Below are positions 32,937 through 45,674 of a stretch of DNA of 64,000 nucleotides, one piece after another. Made by a program: the position numbers and the translations under genes. The stretch's first letter is position 1; the number at the start of each line of letters is the position of its first letter. Source of the DNA: Anaeromyxobacter sp. (GTDB taxonomy: Bacteria; Myxococcota; Myxococcia; Myxococcales; Anaeromyxobacteraceae). The notes under the pieces were generated by a model that searched no databases, was not told where the DNA came from, and saw only the letters and a list, made by a program, of their open reading frames with translations. The DNA is taken from the NCBI GenBank assembly GCA_049840735.1, contig JASGJN010000019.1:1-64000 (forward strand), given 5' to 3'.

Positions 32937-33625
32937 GCGGGAACAGCGAACACACGCCCAAACCCGTCGAGATGAAGGGCGTGTTCGAGCGGAACGAGGA
33001 GTACCGCGACAACTGCCAGGGCGGGTGCAAGGGCGGCTACCACGGGCACCGCTGGGACGCGCACCACATCCTGCCCTGCACGTCGTTCTCGGAGGCGAGC
33101 GCGTTCGTGCGCCAGTGCCTGGAGGCGACCGACTACGACATCAACAAGACCTACTCCATGTGCGGCCTCCCCCGGCTGACCGCGTTCATCCTCTACTTCC
33201 AGTCGGACAAGAGCATCCCGTTCGTGTTCGACCGGGAGCGGACGGTCACCATGCGCCGGTGGGGGAAGGTGGCGCAGTACCTCAAGGACCAGGGCAAGCC
33301 GGTCGTCTTCCCGGGAGAGCTGCCGGTGCACAACCCAGTGCACTGGGGGCACACCGACTACAACGTCCAGGTCGCCAAGTCGCTCAAGCAGAACGTGTTC
33401 AAGCAGATCATGGTCCGGGCGAGGCAGGAGAAGCACTTCAAGCCAGAGGAGATTCGGGCGCTCCTGGAAAAGGAGCGGCAGAGCTTCTGGAACCAACTCC
33501 AAGAAATCCCGCGCAAGCCCGGCGGGGGTGGGCTGACGGGAATCGAGAACAACCTCAGGCACCGATATGACTCCGCCCGCGACGGCTGGTGGAAGCCGAT
33601 GTGCATGACGGAGACCATCAGCTGA
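32933..33625 (+). CDS. AHH-domain (HNH-like) nuclease toxin #1
   Basis: WDAHHILP, DYDIN....CGLP and LPVH...GH.DY; lies between an adaptor and immunity genes. Confidence 0.8.
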   Translation: MSGNSEHTPKPVEMKGVFERNEEYRDNCQGGCKGGYHGHRWDAHHILPCTSFSEASAFVRQCLEATDYDINKTYSMCGLPRLTAFILYFQSDKSIPFVFDRERTVTMRRWGKVAQYLKDQGKPVVFPGELPVHNPVHWGHTDYNVQVAKSLKQNVFKQIMVRARQEKHFKPEEIRALLEKERQSFWNQLQEIPRKPGGGGLTGIENNLRHRYDSARDGWWKPMCMTETIS

Positions 33626-33676
33626 AGCACCCATCTCACCCAGCCTCGCCTGAGCGGATCAGCGGCCGGAGCCTCC

Positions 33677-34259
33677 ATGCCCTTCGTGCAGATCCTCGAC
33701 GACCTTCGACGCCAAGACGGCCCGTTTCAAATCCGTCAAGGGGTTCGAGGACACGTTCGAGTTCCTGATGGGAATCCCGGTAGCCGACCATTTCCCGTCC
33801 GATGCCACGTTCGAACGATGAGCGAGGACTTCCCGGACCGGATCGCCTTGCAGGACTTCCTGCCGAATGAGGACAGCGTGCTCGTCGTGAGCGAGCGGGT
33901 GTTGCGGATCCTGGAGGCGGAGAAGGTTCAGCACCTCGAGTACCTTCCCGTCCGTGTCGTCAACCACAAGGGGCGCAAGGTCCCGGAGCCGTATTTCATC
34001 CTGAACCTCCATCCCTTCGTGGACTGCGTCGATCAGAAGCAGAACCAGGTTCCAGCTGAACGACGTGAACCCGGACGTGTGGTACGGCGTCACCGACCTG
34101 ACCCTCCGGGAGGACGCGGTCCCGGCGGACTACAAGCTCTTCGGCGTTCCTCGGATCCCGGGGCTGGTCATCGTCGAGCAGGAGCTGGGGGACAAGCTGA
34201 GGGGGGCCAAGCTGGAGGGCTTCAGGCTGGTCGAGCTTTCCAAGGCCGAGGAAATCTAG
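33677..34259 (+). CDS. Imm11 (DUF1629-like) immunity protein #1; frameshifted
   Basis: L.DFL.N...VLVVSER....LE......EYLPV...NHKG.....Y.ILN....DC.D; C-terminus L.ED.VP....LF in ORF 34065..34259. Confidence 0.78.
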
Positions 34260-34309
34260 TTCGTCGCCACCCTCGCGGCCCGCGGTTCAGGCGGGCGCGT
34301 CGGACCTTC

Positions 34310-35113
34310 ATGGAACCCATCTCCGAATGCTGTGAAGACCTGGTCGTCCTCCTGAACGCCCACGCCACGGCCGCGGACAAGGCGCCGACGGTGGAGGACC
34401 GGGTAAGGGCCGCCGACGCCGCCTGCGCCTACTACCAGGGTGTGGGGATCTGCGAGCTGCTGCTGGACGCCGAGGTGGATGCCTTCTTCCACCACTTCAT
34501 CCGCTCGGCGCAGTCGCGCCGGTGGGTGCTGCAGCAGCGCCCTGGCCCTCTGGGCACGGTCCCATCCGTCTCCGGGATCATGAAGGCCAGCAACACGCGC
34601 GGACTGTTCGCGGCCATGGCGGCCGGCCAGTGGCGCCTGGCCGAGGACATCGCGCGCCTGTCCCCCGACGCCTGGAGCGCGGCGGACGAGTACGAGGACG
34701 ACTTCTGCTACGCGTCCTTTCTCCACGGCCACCTGCTCGGCGCCGCGCACGACCAGCTGGACGCGATCCTGGCGCGGTTCGAGAAGGCGCTGGAGGGCGG
34801 CGAGGCGGTCCGGCGGGACCTGTGCCGGGCGCTGCTGGCCAAGGAGGCCAGCGCCCTCCTGGCCGCGTTCGACGCGCTCATCGCCGAGCGGGACGAGCAC
34901 CTGGCCAAGCTGCGCCAGGGGCCGATGTGCCGGGACTCGCTCTTCACGCCCTTCGCGTCGGTGTACGTGGAGGGGCTGGCCTGGCTGGCCCTGCTGGAGC
35001 GCGCCGGCGTCGCCACGCCGGCCGAGGTGGACTACTGTCCTGCGCTGGTGCGCACCACGGCCTTCGCGCCCTTCGTGCCCAGCTCCTTCCCGGGGTTGCC
35101 GCTGGAAGGCTGA
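34310..35113 (+). CDS. Imm49-like immunity protein #1
   Basis: LL.....AFF, A.AAG...LA..IA..S...W....EYEDDF.Y..FL and V..EGLAWL.L....G......YCP. Confidence 0.75.
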   Translation: MEPISECCEDLVVLLNAHATAADKAPTVEDRVRAADAACAYYQGVGICELLLDAEVDAFFHHFIRSAQSRRWVLQQRPGPLGTVPSVSGIMKASNTRGLFAAMAAGQWRLAEDIARLSPDAWSAADEYEDDFCYASFLHGHLLGAAHDQLDAILARFEKALEGGEAVRRDLCRALLAKEASALLAAFDALIAERDEHLAKLRQGPMCRDSLFTPFASVYVEGLAWLALLERAGVATPAEVDYCPALVRTTAFAPFVPSSFPGLPLEG

Positions 35114-35129
35114 GCGCGCTGGAGGCGAC

Positions 35130-35934
35130 ATGGGTCGGATGTTCGAGGCGGCAGAAGACGTCGAGATCCTCCTGGCCAGCCACGTGGCCGCGGCTGCGCA
35201 GGCCCCGGAGCTGGCGGACCGGCTGACCTCGGCGGACGCGGCCAGCACCTACTACCAGGGCCTCGCCATCTGCGAGCTCCTGCTCGAGCGCGACGCGGAC
35301 GCGTTCTTCCACGACGCCATCCGCAGCGCGCAGTGCCGGCACTGGGTGCTCCGGCACCGGACCGGGCTTGGCGACCCGGCGCCGCTCGCGGGCATCCTCA
35401 AGGCCAGCAACACGCGCGGACTGTTCGCCGCGCTGCTCTCGCGGCAGTGGCGGCTGGCGGCGGCGATCGCGCAGCACGCGTCGACCGACTGGAGCAAGCG
35501 CGACGAGTACGAGGAGGACTTCCTCCACGCCCACTTCCTGCATCGCCGTCTGCTCGGCGCATCGCCCGGCGAGCTCCAGGAGAATCCTGCGACGCTTCGA
35601 GGTGGCGGTGCAGGGCGGCGAGGCGCCGCGGCTCGACCTCTGCCAGGCGCTCCTGGTGCGCGATGCGGCGGCGGCGGAGCAGGCGTTCGCGGCCCTCATC
35701 GTGGAGCGCGGGCAGGAGCTCCAGAAGCAGAAGCGGGCTGGCCTCGACGCCGACAGCCTGTATCTGCCGTTCTCCCGGGTCTACACGGAAGGGCTGGCCT
35801 GGCTGGCGCTGCTCGATGAAGCAAGGATCGGGATCGCGGGTGAGCTGGACTACTGTCCCCAGGCGGCCCGGGCCGCGGTCTACGCGCCCTTCGTGCCAGG
35901 CCCGTTCCCATCGGAGCCGCTCCCGGGGAGCTGA
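35130..35934 (+). CDS. Imm49-like immunity protein #2 (tandem paralog); frameshift at ~35580
   Basis: Collinear with #1: YYQG..ICELLL, KASNTRGLFAA, DEYE.DF, EGLAWLALL and DYCP. Confidence 0.75.
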
Positions 35935-36009
35935 CCCCAGCGACTGCTCCATGCGTGCCACCTTTCGGGGCCTTGCCCTCACCCGGCCGGCGCGGAACAC
36001 ACTCCGGTC

Positions 36010-36579
36010 ATGACCGACCCCAAGTCCTTCGTCTCCTCCGGGCGTGACCTGGAGGACAGCTTCTTCCTCCAGGAGGATCGCAAGCTGCTGGAGTGGCAGC
36101 GCAAGCTGCGGCAGCAGCAGGAGAGCCGGCAGGCGTTGGCCCAGGCCTCCGGCATCCGCGACGAGAAGGTGCTCGATCGCCTGGTCGCGCTCGGCGTCCG
36201 CCCCGAGAGCCTGGCGCCCCTGGCCCTGTTCCCGATCATCGAGGTGGCCTGGGCGGACGGGAAGCTCGACGAGCGCGAGCGCAAGGCGGTGCTGGACGCC
36301 GCCGAGGCGCGGGGCTACAAGCCCGGGCAGCTGGAGTACGAGATGCTCCAGAGTTGGCTGCAGCACCGGCCGTCGCCCAGCATGTTCGAGACCTGGGAGC
36401 ACTACGTGGCGGGCCTCCTGCCGCAGCTCGGGGCCGACGAGCGCGCGTCACTGCGGGGCGAGCTCCTGCAGCGGGCCCGCAAGGTCGCCGAGGCCGCCGG
36501 CGGGTTCCTGGGCCTTGGCAAGATCTCCGCCAGCGAGGAGGCCGCCATCGCCCGGCTGGAGCGGGCGCTCGCGGGCTGA
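36010..36579 (+). CDS. TerB-like domain protein
   Basis: LEDSFF..ED.KLL, P.IEVAWADGKLD.RER.AVL.AA and VAEAAGGFLGLGKIS.SE. Confidence 0.7.
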   Translation: MTDPKSFVSSGRDLEDSFFLQEDRKLLEWQRKLRQQQESRQALAQASGIRDEKVLDRLVALGVRPESLAPLALFPIIEVAWADGKLDERERKAVLDAAEARGYKPGQLEYEMLQSWLQHRPSPSMFETWEHYVAGLLPQLGADERASLRGELLQRARKVAEAAGGFLGLGKISASEEAAIARLERALAG

Positions 36580-36609
36580 GCGGGTCTCGTTCCTTTCGCC
36601 GCACCGCTG

Positions 36610-36640
36610 CACGGACCGTGGACCGCCTCCACGGTCCGTG
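36610..36640. terminator. Perfect 13-bp stem hairpin
   Basis: CACGGACCGTGGA-CCGCC-TCCACGGTCCGTG, 30 nt after the TerB-like stop; no U-tract. Confidence 0.5.
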
Positions 36641-36653
36641 TCATCGTCCCCGC

Positions 36654-37004
36654 GTGCTCTGGGGCCGGACGCTCATCTACGCCTTCGTCGAGTTCGTCTG
36701 GGTCGGCGCGGTGGTCACCATCGCCTGGCTGCTGATGGCGGCCTACCTCGGGCGCTTCGCCGACAAGCTGCAGGACCGGCTCGACGAGCGCTGGAGCCGG
36801 ACGATCTTCGTCGCCTGGTTGACGCTCGGCGTCGGCCTGGGGCTGTGGCTCTACCGGCTGGCGCTGGCGCGAGACATCGTCGCGAAGGTCGGCATCGAGG
36901 CGCCGGAGGTGAGCCGGTACCTCTACACGGCGGGTCTGCTGCCCCCGGTCGCGGCCCTCGCCGTGTTCACCTTTTGGGTATCGCGGATCAGGGTCTCCTT
37001 CTAG
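36654..37004 (+). CDS. Small membrane protein with three TM helices (start approximate)
   Basis: 3' part of ORF 36093..37004 has three hydrophobic segments and GC3-rich codons. Confidence 0.6.
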   Translation: MLWGRTLIYAFVEFVWVGAVVTIAWLLMAAYLGRFADKLQDRLDERWSRTIFVAWLTLGVGLGLWLYRLALARDIVAKVGIEAPEVSRYLYTAGLLPPVAALAVFTFWVSRIRVSF

Positions 37005-37239
37005 AGGGAGCTAACCCCTCGTGAAGACACCCGGGGTGACGAGGGGCGGCGCTGCGGCGCAACGGCGCACGAGTGTCGGCTTGCCTGGGTGATTTCACCA
37101 CTGTACCGTCGGTGTAATCCGGATCCGGGCGGTACCCTGCCAGGCTCACCACCACGGTCGCGCGGTTCGATTGGCCGTGAGAGGCCTGTCTGCTCGCGCG
37201 TCGAGGCGGGCTTCGCGCCGGAACCGAGAAGGACCGGCC

Positions 37240-40365
<3,126 letters not shown>

Positions 40366-40379
40366 GAGGGAAGCCCACC

Positions 40380-41504
40380 ATGTCCGTGCACCCGAGAGCC
40401 CTGCTGCCCACCCTGCTCCTGGCCGCGCTCTGCGCCGGGCCCGCCGGCGCGCACGCCGCGTCCCCGCGCACGGCCCAGGCCGCCCCCGCGCCCGCCAAGG
40501 CCGCCACGCCGCCCCTGCCCATGCCGGACAAGCTGCAGGAGCAGCTGGATCCGCCCGGCGCCAAGGAGAACGTCTGGAGCCGGGGCGTGCCCGAGGCCGA
40601 GCGGCAGGCAGCGGAGAAGCTGTTCTACGAGGGGAACGGGCTCATGCGGGAGTCCATCACCCACTCGGCCATCGCCAAGTACCGCGAGGCGATGAAGCAC
40701 TGGGACCACCCCAACATCCACTACAACATCTCGGTGGCGCTGATGACGCTCGACCAGCCGGTCGAGACGTACAAGCACCTGCAGGACGCCACGAAGTACG
40801 GCCCCACGCCGCTGGAGCAGGAGCGCTACGAGCACGCGCTCAACTACCTGGCGCTGCTGCGCCAGCAGCTGGCCCACGTGCGCGTCACCTGCCCGGTGCC
40901 CGGGGCGCAGCTGGACGTGGACGGCAACCCGGTGCTGGTGACGCCCGGCACCTACGAGGCGCTGGTCCGCGCCGGCCAGCACTCCATCGCGGCGCGCAAG
41001 GAGGGCTACGTCTCCAACGAGTCCACGCGCGTCCTGGAGGGCGGCAAGCTCACCGAGATCACGCTGGAGCTCAAGACCGTGGCCGAGCTGACCGAGACGC
41101 AGCGCCGCTTCCCGGTCTGGGTGCCCTGGACCATCGCCGGGACCGGCGTGGCGGTGGCGGCGGTGGGCGGCGTGTTCCACTACTCCGGCAACCAGAAGAT
41201 CGACGACGCCAACCAGTACGCGATTGACACCTGCCTCGAGCCCGACGGCTGTCCTGCGGGGGAGCCGGCGCACGCAGCGGATCTGCGCGAGCAGGGCGAG
41301 AAGTACCAGAAGGTCGCCGCAGGCGCCTACGTGGTCGGCGGCGTCGCCATCGGCACGGGCATCGTCATGGCCCTCTTCAACGGCACCGAGACGCGGGTGC
41401 GCGGCTACGACAACCCGGGCGCGCCGGCGAAGGCGCCCAAGGTCGCCATCTCACCGCTGGTCACCCCCGACGCTCCCGGCCTCTCGGTGGCCTGGCGCTT
41501 CTGA
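40380..41504 (+). CDS. Secreted TPR + PEGA-domain protein with two C-terminal hydrophobic segments
   Basis: Signal peptide ending AHA; TPR-like A..LF.EG..L; PGA.L.VDG......G.H.I.ARKEGY (PEGA); ends GLSVAWRF. Confidence 0.82.
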   Translation: MSVHPRALLPTLLLAALCAGPAGAHAASPRTAQAAPAPAKAATPPLPMPDKLQEQLDPPGAKENVWSRGVPEAERQAAEKLFYEGNGLMRESITHSAIAKYREAMKHWDHPNIHYNISVALMTLDQPVETYKHLQDATKYGPTPLEQERYEHALNYLALLRQQLAHVRVTCPVPGAQLDVDGNPVLVTPGTYEALVRAGQHSIAARKEGYVSNESTRVLEGGKLTEITLELKTVAELTETQRRFPVWVPWTIAGTGVAVAAVGGVFHYSGNQKIDDANQYAIDTCLEPDGCPAGEPAHAADLREQGEKYQKVAAGAYVVGGVAIGTGIVMALFNGTETRVRGYDNPGAPAKAPKVAISPLVTPDAPGLSVAWRF

Positions 41505-41518
41505 CCGGAGGACACCCC

Positions 41519-43375
41519 ATGACCCGCAACCGCGCCCTCCGCGTCCCGACGCTGCTGCTCCTCCTCCTCGCCGTCGCGCTCGGCGGCCTCGCCTGCAGCA
41601 AGGGCGAGGGCACCCTGTGCGCCAGCGGGCGGTTCTGTCCGCCAGGCTCGCAGTGCGCCGTGAGCGACGACGCCTGCATCTGGGATGGTTGCGGGGACGG
41701 CCACGTGGACGACTCGCCCGACCCGGACCCGGCCCGCGCCGGCAAGCCGCTCGAGGTGTGCGACGACGGCAACCTCCGGAACGGCGACGGCTGCCGCCTG
41801 GACTGCAAGTCGGACGAGACCTGCGGAAACGACGAGGACGACCCGGACGTGGGCGAGGTCTGCGACGACGACAACAACGACGACGGCGACGGTTGTAGCG
41901 CAGACTGCCGGTCGACGGAGGCCTGCGGGAACACGATCCTCGATCCTGGGGAGGTCTGCGACGGAGGACCGAGCGGCATCCCGGACGTGGGGATGGAGCG
42001 GGCCTGGTGCAACGACGACTGCACCGCGGCCCGCTGCAACGACGGCAAGGTGAACGAGGCGGCCGGAGAGCAGTGCGACCGGAACGGCGACGGCGTGCCC
42101 GGCAGCAGCGGCCAGTCGGCCACCTGCAACGTGAACTGCACGGCGAGCGTGTGCGGGGACGACTTCATCAACCCGCAGGCGCTGGAGGAGTGCGACCGCG
42201 GGCCTGGGATGAACAGCGACAGCGGCGACTGCCTGACCAGCTGCAAGGTGAACGTCTGCGGAGACGGGTACCCCAATGACACGCTGGTGGGGGGGCGTCC
42301 GCGGGAGGAGTGCGACGCGGGGAGCGGCAACTCGGACACGGGCGCGTGCACGACGGCTTGCAAGAACGCCGTCTGCGGCGACGGGCACGTGCAGGCGGGG
42401 GTGGAGACCTGCGACGAGGGGTCGGGGAGCGTCTCGGAGAAGACGGCGTGCCCGTACGGGCAGACCACCTGCACGGTGTGCAGCGCGTGCCAGACGGTGA
42501 CGCTCACGGGGCCGTACTGCGGGGACGGCACCCAGCAGAACCCGCCCGAGGCCTGCGATCAGGGTACGAGCAACGGCGCGACCACGTGCGCGTACCACCA
42601 GGATCCGTTCACGTGCCAGAACTGCAACGCGGTGTGCACGGCGTACGTGCCGGTGGCGGCGCCGTACTGCGGGGACGGGAGCACTAACGGTCCGGAGGCG
42701 TGCGACGACGGGAACACGGTGAACGAGAGCTCCTGCGCGTACGGCCAGGCCAGCTGCGAGGGTTGCCGGAGTGACTGCCTGGCCAAGCTCACGTTGCAGG
42801 GGGCGTACTGCGGGGACTTCCACGTGGACTCGGGGGACGGGGAGGTCTGCGACAGCAGCCAGTCGTTCGCGTGCGGGGTGTGCATTCCCGCGGGTCAGAC
42901 GGGGGCCTGCACGTTCTATGGGAACGGCACGTCCGGGAGTCAGCTCGCGGCGGCTGAAGGCGCGCTATTGGTTTCGGGGCTGGGGTTGGTGGGCGTGACC
43001 TTCACGCTTGGAGACGACGTAAACACCTCCCCTTGGACATTCGAGTTCGTGGACGGCGGGCCTGCCCAGCCAGGGAACGTACCGATCAGCATCACGGGTA
43101 TGGCGAACACGGGAGACGTGGCAGGCGCCATCCTTGCGGCGCTCCCCGCGACGCTGCGGATTGACGCGACCGTGAGCGGGAGCGAGGTGAGGCTGGTGAA
43201 CCGGGTGACGGGGATCGTTGGCAACCTGCCGATCGAGATCGCGCCGGCAGGGACGACAGCGTTGACGGGTACGGGGATGGGCGGCGGCCGGGGCTGTGGG
43301 GCCGGTCAGGCGTGCTCGCGTGATCGGGACTGCGTGAGCTTGAACTGCCGCCCGAGCCATACCTGCGGCACGTGA
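41519..43375 (+). CDS. Lipoprotein with Myxococcus cysteine-rich repeats (DUF4215-like)
   Basis: Lipobox LGGLAC; about ten CGDG/CGN....E.CD(DGN) repeats. Confidence 0.88.
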   Translation: MTRNRALRVPTLLLLLLAVALGGLACSKGEGTLCASGRFCPPGSQCAVSDDACIWDGCGDGHVDDSPDPDPARAGKPLEVCDDGNLRNGDGCRLDCKSDETCGNDEDDPDVGEVCDDDNNDDGDGCSADCRSTEACGNTILDPGEVCDGGPSGIPDVGMERAWCNDDCTAARCNDGKVNEAAGEQCDRNGDGVPGSSGQSATCNVNCTASVCGDDFINPQALEECDRGPGMNSDSGDCLTSCKVNVCGDGYPNDTLVGGRPREECDAGSGNSDTGACTTACKNAVCGDGHVQAGVETCDEGSGSVSEKTACPYGQTTCTVCSACQTVTLTGPYCGDGTQQNPPEACDQGTSNGATTCAYHQDPFTCQNCNAVCTAYVPVAAPYCGDGSTNGPEACDDGNTVNESSCAYGQASCEGCRSDCLAKLTLQGAYCGDFHVDSGDGEVCDSSQSFACGVCIPAGQTGACTFYGNGTSGSQLAAAEGALLVSGLGLVGVTFTLGDDVNTSPWTFEFVDGGPAQPGNVPISITGMANTGDVAGAILAALPATLRIDATVSGSEVRLVNRVTGIVGNLPIEIAPAGTTALTGTGMGGGRGCGAGQACSRDRDCVSLNCRPSHTCGT

Positions 43376-43407
43376 CGTGCCGGTAATCGAAAATGGGAGG
43401 TCCAGAC

Positions 43408-44544
43408 ATGTCGAGCAGGCAGATCGGGACGGCGGCGGTGATCGGCCTCATGGGGGTGTGGGCCGCGTGCACCAGCGACGGAGGGGGTGCGAGCCCGACC
43501 GTGCTGGTGAGCGGCGGGCATCGCCAGAGCTGCGCGGTGATCGAAGGGCGTGCGTCCTGCTGGGGCAGGAACGATTACGGGGCTCTGGGTGACGGAACCC
43601 ACACCAGCCGGAGCATGGCGGCCGGCGTGCTCGGGTTGGATGCCGGCGTGACGCGCATCGGCACGGGCGGGGACCATGCGTGCGCCGTGCAGGGAGGCGC
43701 ACTCTTGTGCTGGGGCTCAAACGTCGACGGGCAACTCGGCACCGGCGCGGATACGGAGAGCGTGAGCACGCCTGCAGCGGTCGCAGGAATCGGTGAGGTG
43801 CAGTCCCTGGCGCTCGGGTGGGACCACACCTGCGTCGTGGATGCGGCCGCCGGGAAGTGCTGGGGCAACAACCATGGTGGTCAGCTCGGCATCAGTGGGG
43901 TGGGGTTGAGCCGTAGTCCGGTGACCGTCCCCGGGCTGGAAGCCGGGGTGACCGCGATCACGGCGGGATATCGCCACAGCTGTGCCGTGGTGAACGGGGC
44001 GGCGAAGTGCTGGGGCCTGAACGATCACGGACAGCTCGGAAACGGAAACACCACCAACAGCACCACTCCTGTCCAGGTCGAAGGGCTCACGAGCGGGGTG
44101 ACGGCCATCGCTGCAGGCTACGCCCATAGCTGCGCCGTCGTGAGCGGAGCAGTGAAGTGCTGGGGTTGGAACGGTGAGGGCGGGCTGGGCGATGGGACGC
44201 TCACCGAGCGCAGTGCGCCAGTGCAGACGCTGGGGCTGACGAACGGCGTGACGGCAGTAGCCGCAATGGCAGGCAGCGGGTGTGCGCTGGTGGGTGGAGC
44301 CGTGAAGTGTTGGGGCGACAACGAGGACGGATCGGTTGGGGATGGGACGAACGTGAACCGGGTCGAGCCTGTGCAGGTGGAGGGGCTGGAGAGCGGTGTC
44401 AAGGCACTCGCGGCTTACGGCTACACTGCGTGCGCGAACGCATCGGATGTGGTGAAGTGCTGGGGCCTGAACCAGTTCGGCCAGGTCGGGGACGGCAGCG
44501 CGACCAGAAGCCTGAACGCACCCGTTCCCGTCACTGGCTTGTAG
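43408..44544 (+). CDS. RCC1-repeat (7-blade propeller) lipoprotein
   Basis: Lipobox WAAC; seven CWG.N..G.(L/V)G repeats; GGAGG RBS. Confidence 0.9.
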   Translation: MSSRQIGTAAVIGLMGVWAACTSDGGGASPTVLVSGGHRQSCAVIEGRASCWGRNDYGALGDGTHTSRSMAAGVLGLDAGVTRIGTGGDHACAVQGGALLCWGSNVDGQLGTGADTESVSTPAAVAGIGEVQSLALGWDHTCVVDAAAGKCWGNNHGGQLGISGVGLSRSPVTVPGLEAGVTAITAGYRHSCAVVNGAAKCWGLNDHGQLGNGNTTNSTTPVQVEGLTSGVTAIAAGYAHSCAVVSGAVKCWGWNGEGGLGDGTLTERSAPVQTLGLTNGVTAVAAMAGSGCALVGGAVKCWGDNEDGSVGDGTNVNRVEPVQVEGLESGVKALAAYGYTACANASDVVKCWGLNQFGQVGDGSATRSLNAPVPVTGL

Positions 44545-44582
44545 GCGGACGCGAGCCATGGAGTCGATGGCCGGGTGATCGG

Positions 44583-45674
44583 ATGAGCACGCTCGCGATC
44601 CGAGCCATCGGGCTCTCGACCCCGCTCGGCGGCGGGGTGCAGGCGTGCGCCGCGGCCCGTGCCGGGATCTCTCGGCCTGGCCCGGCGCCTGACGTGACCG
44701 TCATGTTCCCGGGGGACGAGGAGCCGCAGCCGGTCACGGTGCACGCCCACCCGACGGCGACGCAGGGGTTCACGGGGGCGGGCCGGCTCATCGCGCTGCT
44801 GCAGGAGGCGTTGATCGACCTGGTGTACTCGGTGCCCGCGACGACGTGGGCGAGCCGCACGCGGCTGTTCCTCGCCCTGCCCGATCCGCTCTGGCGCGAG
44901 CCGGAGACGCTGGACGAGGGCGAGCGTGAGCTGCCGGCCGAGGAGCGGATCGCTGCGCTCGGGCAGAAGGTGGTGAAGGGCGTGTGCGCGGCGACCGGGC
45001 TGCCGCTCCAGCAGCTCACGCCTTCGTTCCACGGCGGGGACGAGCTGGCCTTCTCGCACGCGCTGGTCGCCGCAGCGCGCGCCCTGGAGGCCCGGCAGCT
45101 CGAGACCGCCCTGGTCTGCGCCGCGGACAGCCTGGTCGGCGCAGACACGCTCGAGCTGTTCGCCGCAGAGGGGCGGCTCAAGCACGGCGACCAGCCGGTC
45201 GGGTTCACTCCCGGCGAGGCGGCCGGCGCGGTGCTCCTGACGGCGCCGGCTCGCGGCCAGGCGTCGTTCACGGTCGCGCCGCCCGCCATCGCTGTGGACG
45301 CGTGGCGCTGGGGTGCCGAGGCCCCCTCCGATGGCCGGAAGCTGGCGGGTTGCTTGGTGAGCGCGGCAGCCGCGGTCCCACCGAACATGCCGCTCGCGTT
45401 GGTCTCGGATTGCGACGGGGAGACCCACCGGGCGCGCGAGCTCGGGCTGGCGCGGGTCCACCTGAAGCGGCGCCACCCTGGGCTGGCGGAGTCCGAGGTC
45501 AGATACCCGGCGCTAGCCTTCGCGCGGACCGGCGTGGCCTCCGGGCTGCTCGGCCTGGCGGCTGCGCGGCATGCGCTCTGGCGCGAGAAGTCGGCGCCGC
45601 GCCACTTCATCGTGGCGAGCAGTGCCGACGACGGGAAGCGGAGCGCCTTCCTGGTGACGAGGACGACGGCATGA
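44583..45674 (+). CDS. Beta-ketoacyl-synthase/thiolase-like T6SS adaptor #2
   Basis: GLSTPLG....ACAAARAGISR, AADSL, GFTPGEAAGAVLL, DGE.HRARE and RTG.ASG; stop overlaps the toxin start (ATGA). Confidence 0.8.
   Translation: MSTLAIRAIGLSTPLGGGVQACAAARAGISRPGPAPDVTVMFPGDEEPQPVTVHAHPTATQGFTGAGRLIALLQEALIDLVYSVPATTWASRTRLFLALPDPLWREPETLDEGERELPAEERIAALGQKVVKGVCAATGLPLQQLTPSFHGGDELAFSHALVAAARALEARQLETALVCAADSLVGADTLELFAAEGRLKHGDQPVGFTPGEAAGAVLLTAPARGQASFTVAPPAIAVDAWRWGAEAPSDGRKLAGCLVSAAAAVPPNMPLALVSDCDGETHRARELGLARVHLKRRHPGLAESEVRYPALAFARTGVASGLLGLAAARHALWREKSAPRHFIVASSADDGKRSAFLVTRTTA

Noticed and set aside
33677..35113. 478-aa ORF as a natural Imm11-Imm49 fusion
   Set aside because: The true Imm11 C-terminus is in another frame ending at 34259, and Imm49 has its own ATG at 34310
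41700..44500. Periodic repeats as a CRISPR array or other DNA repeat element
   Set aside because: They are degenerate protein-coding repeats (CGDG..E.CD and RCC1 blades) without fixed repeat-spacer structure; no cas genes
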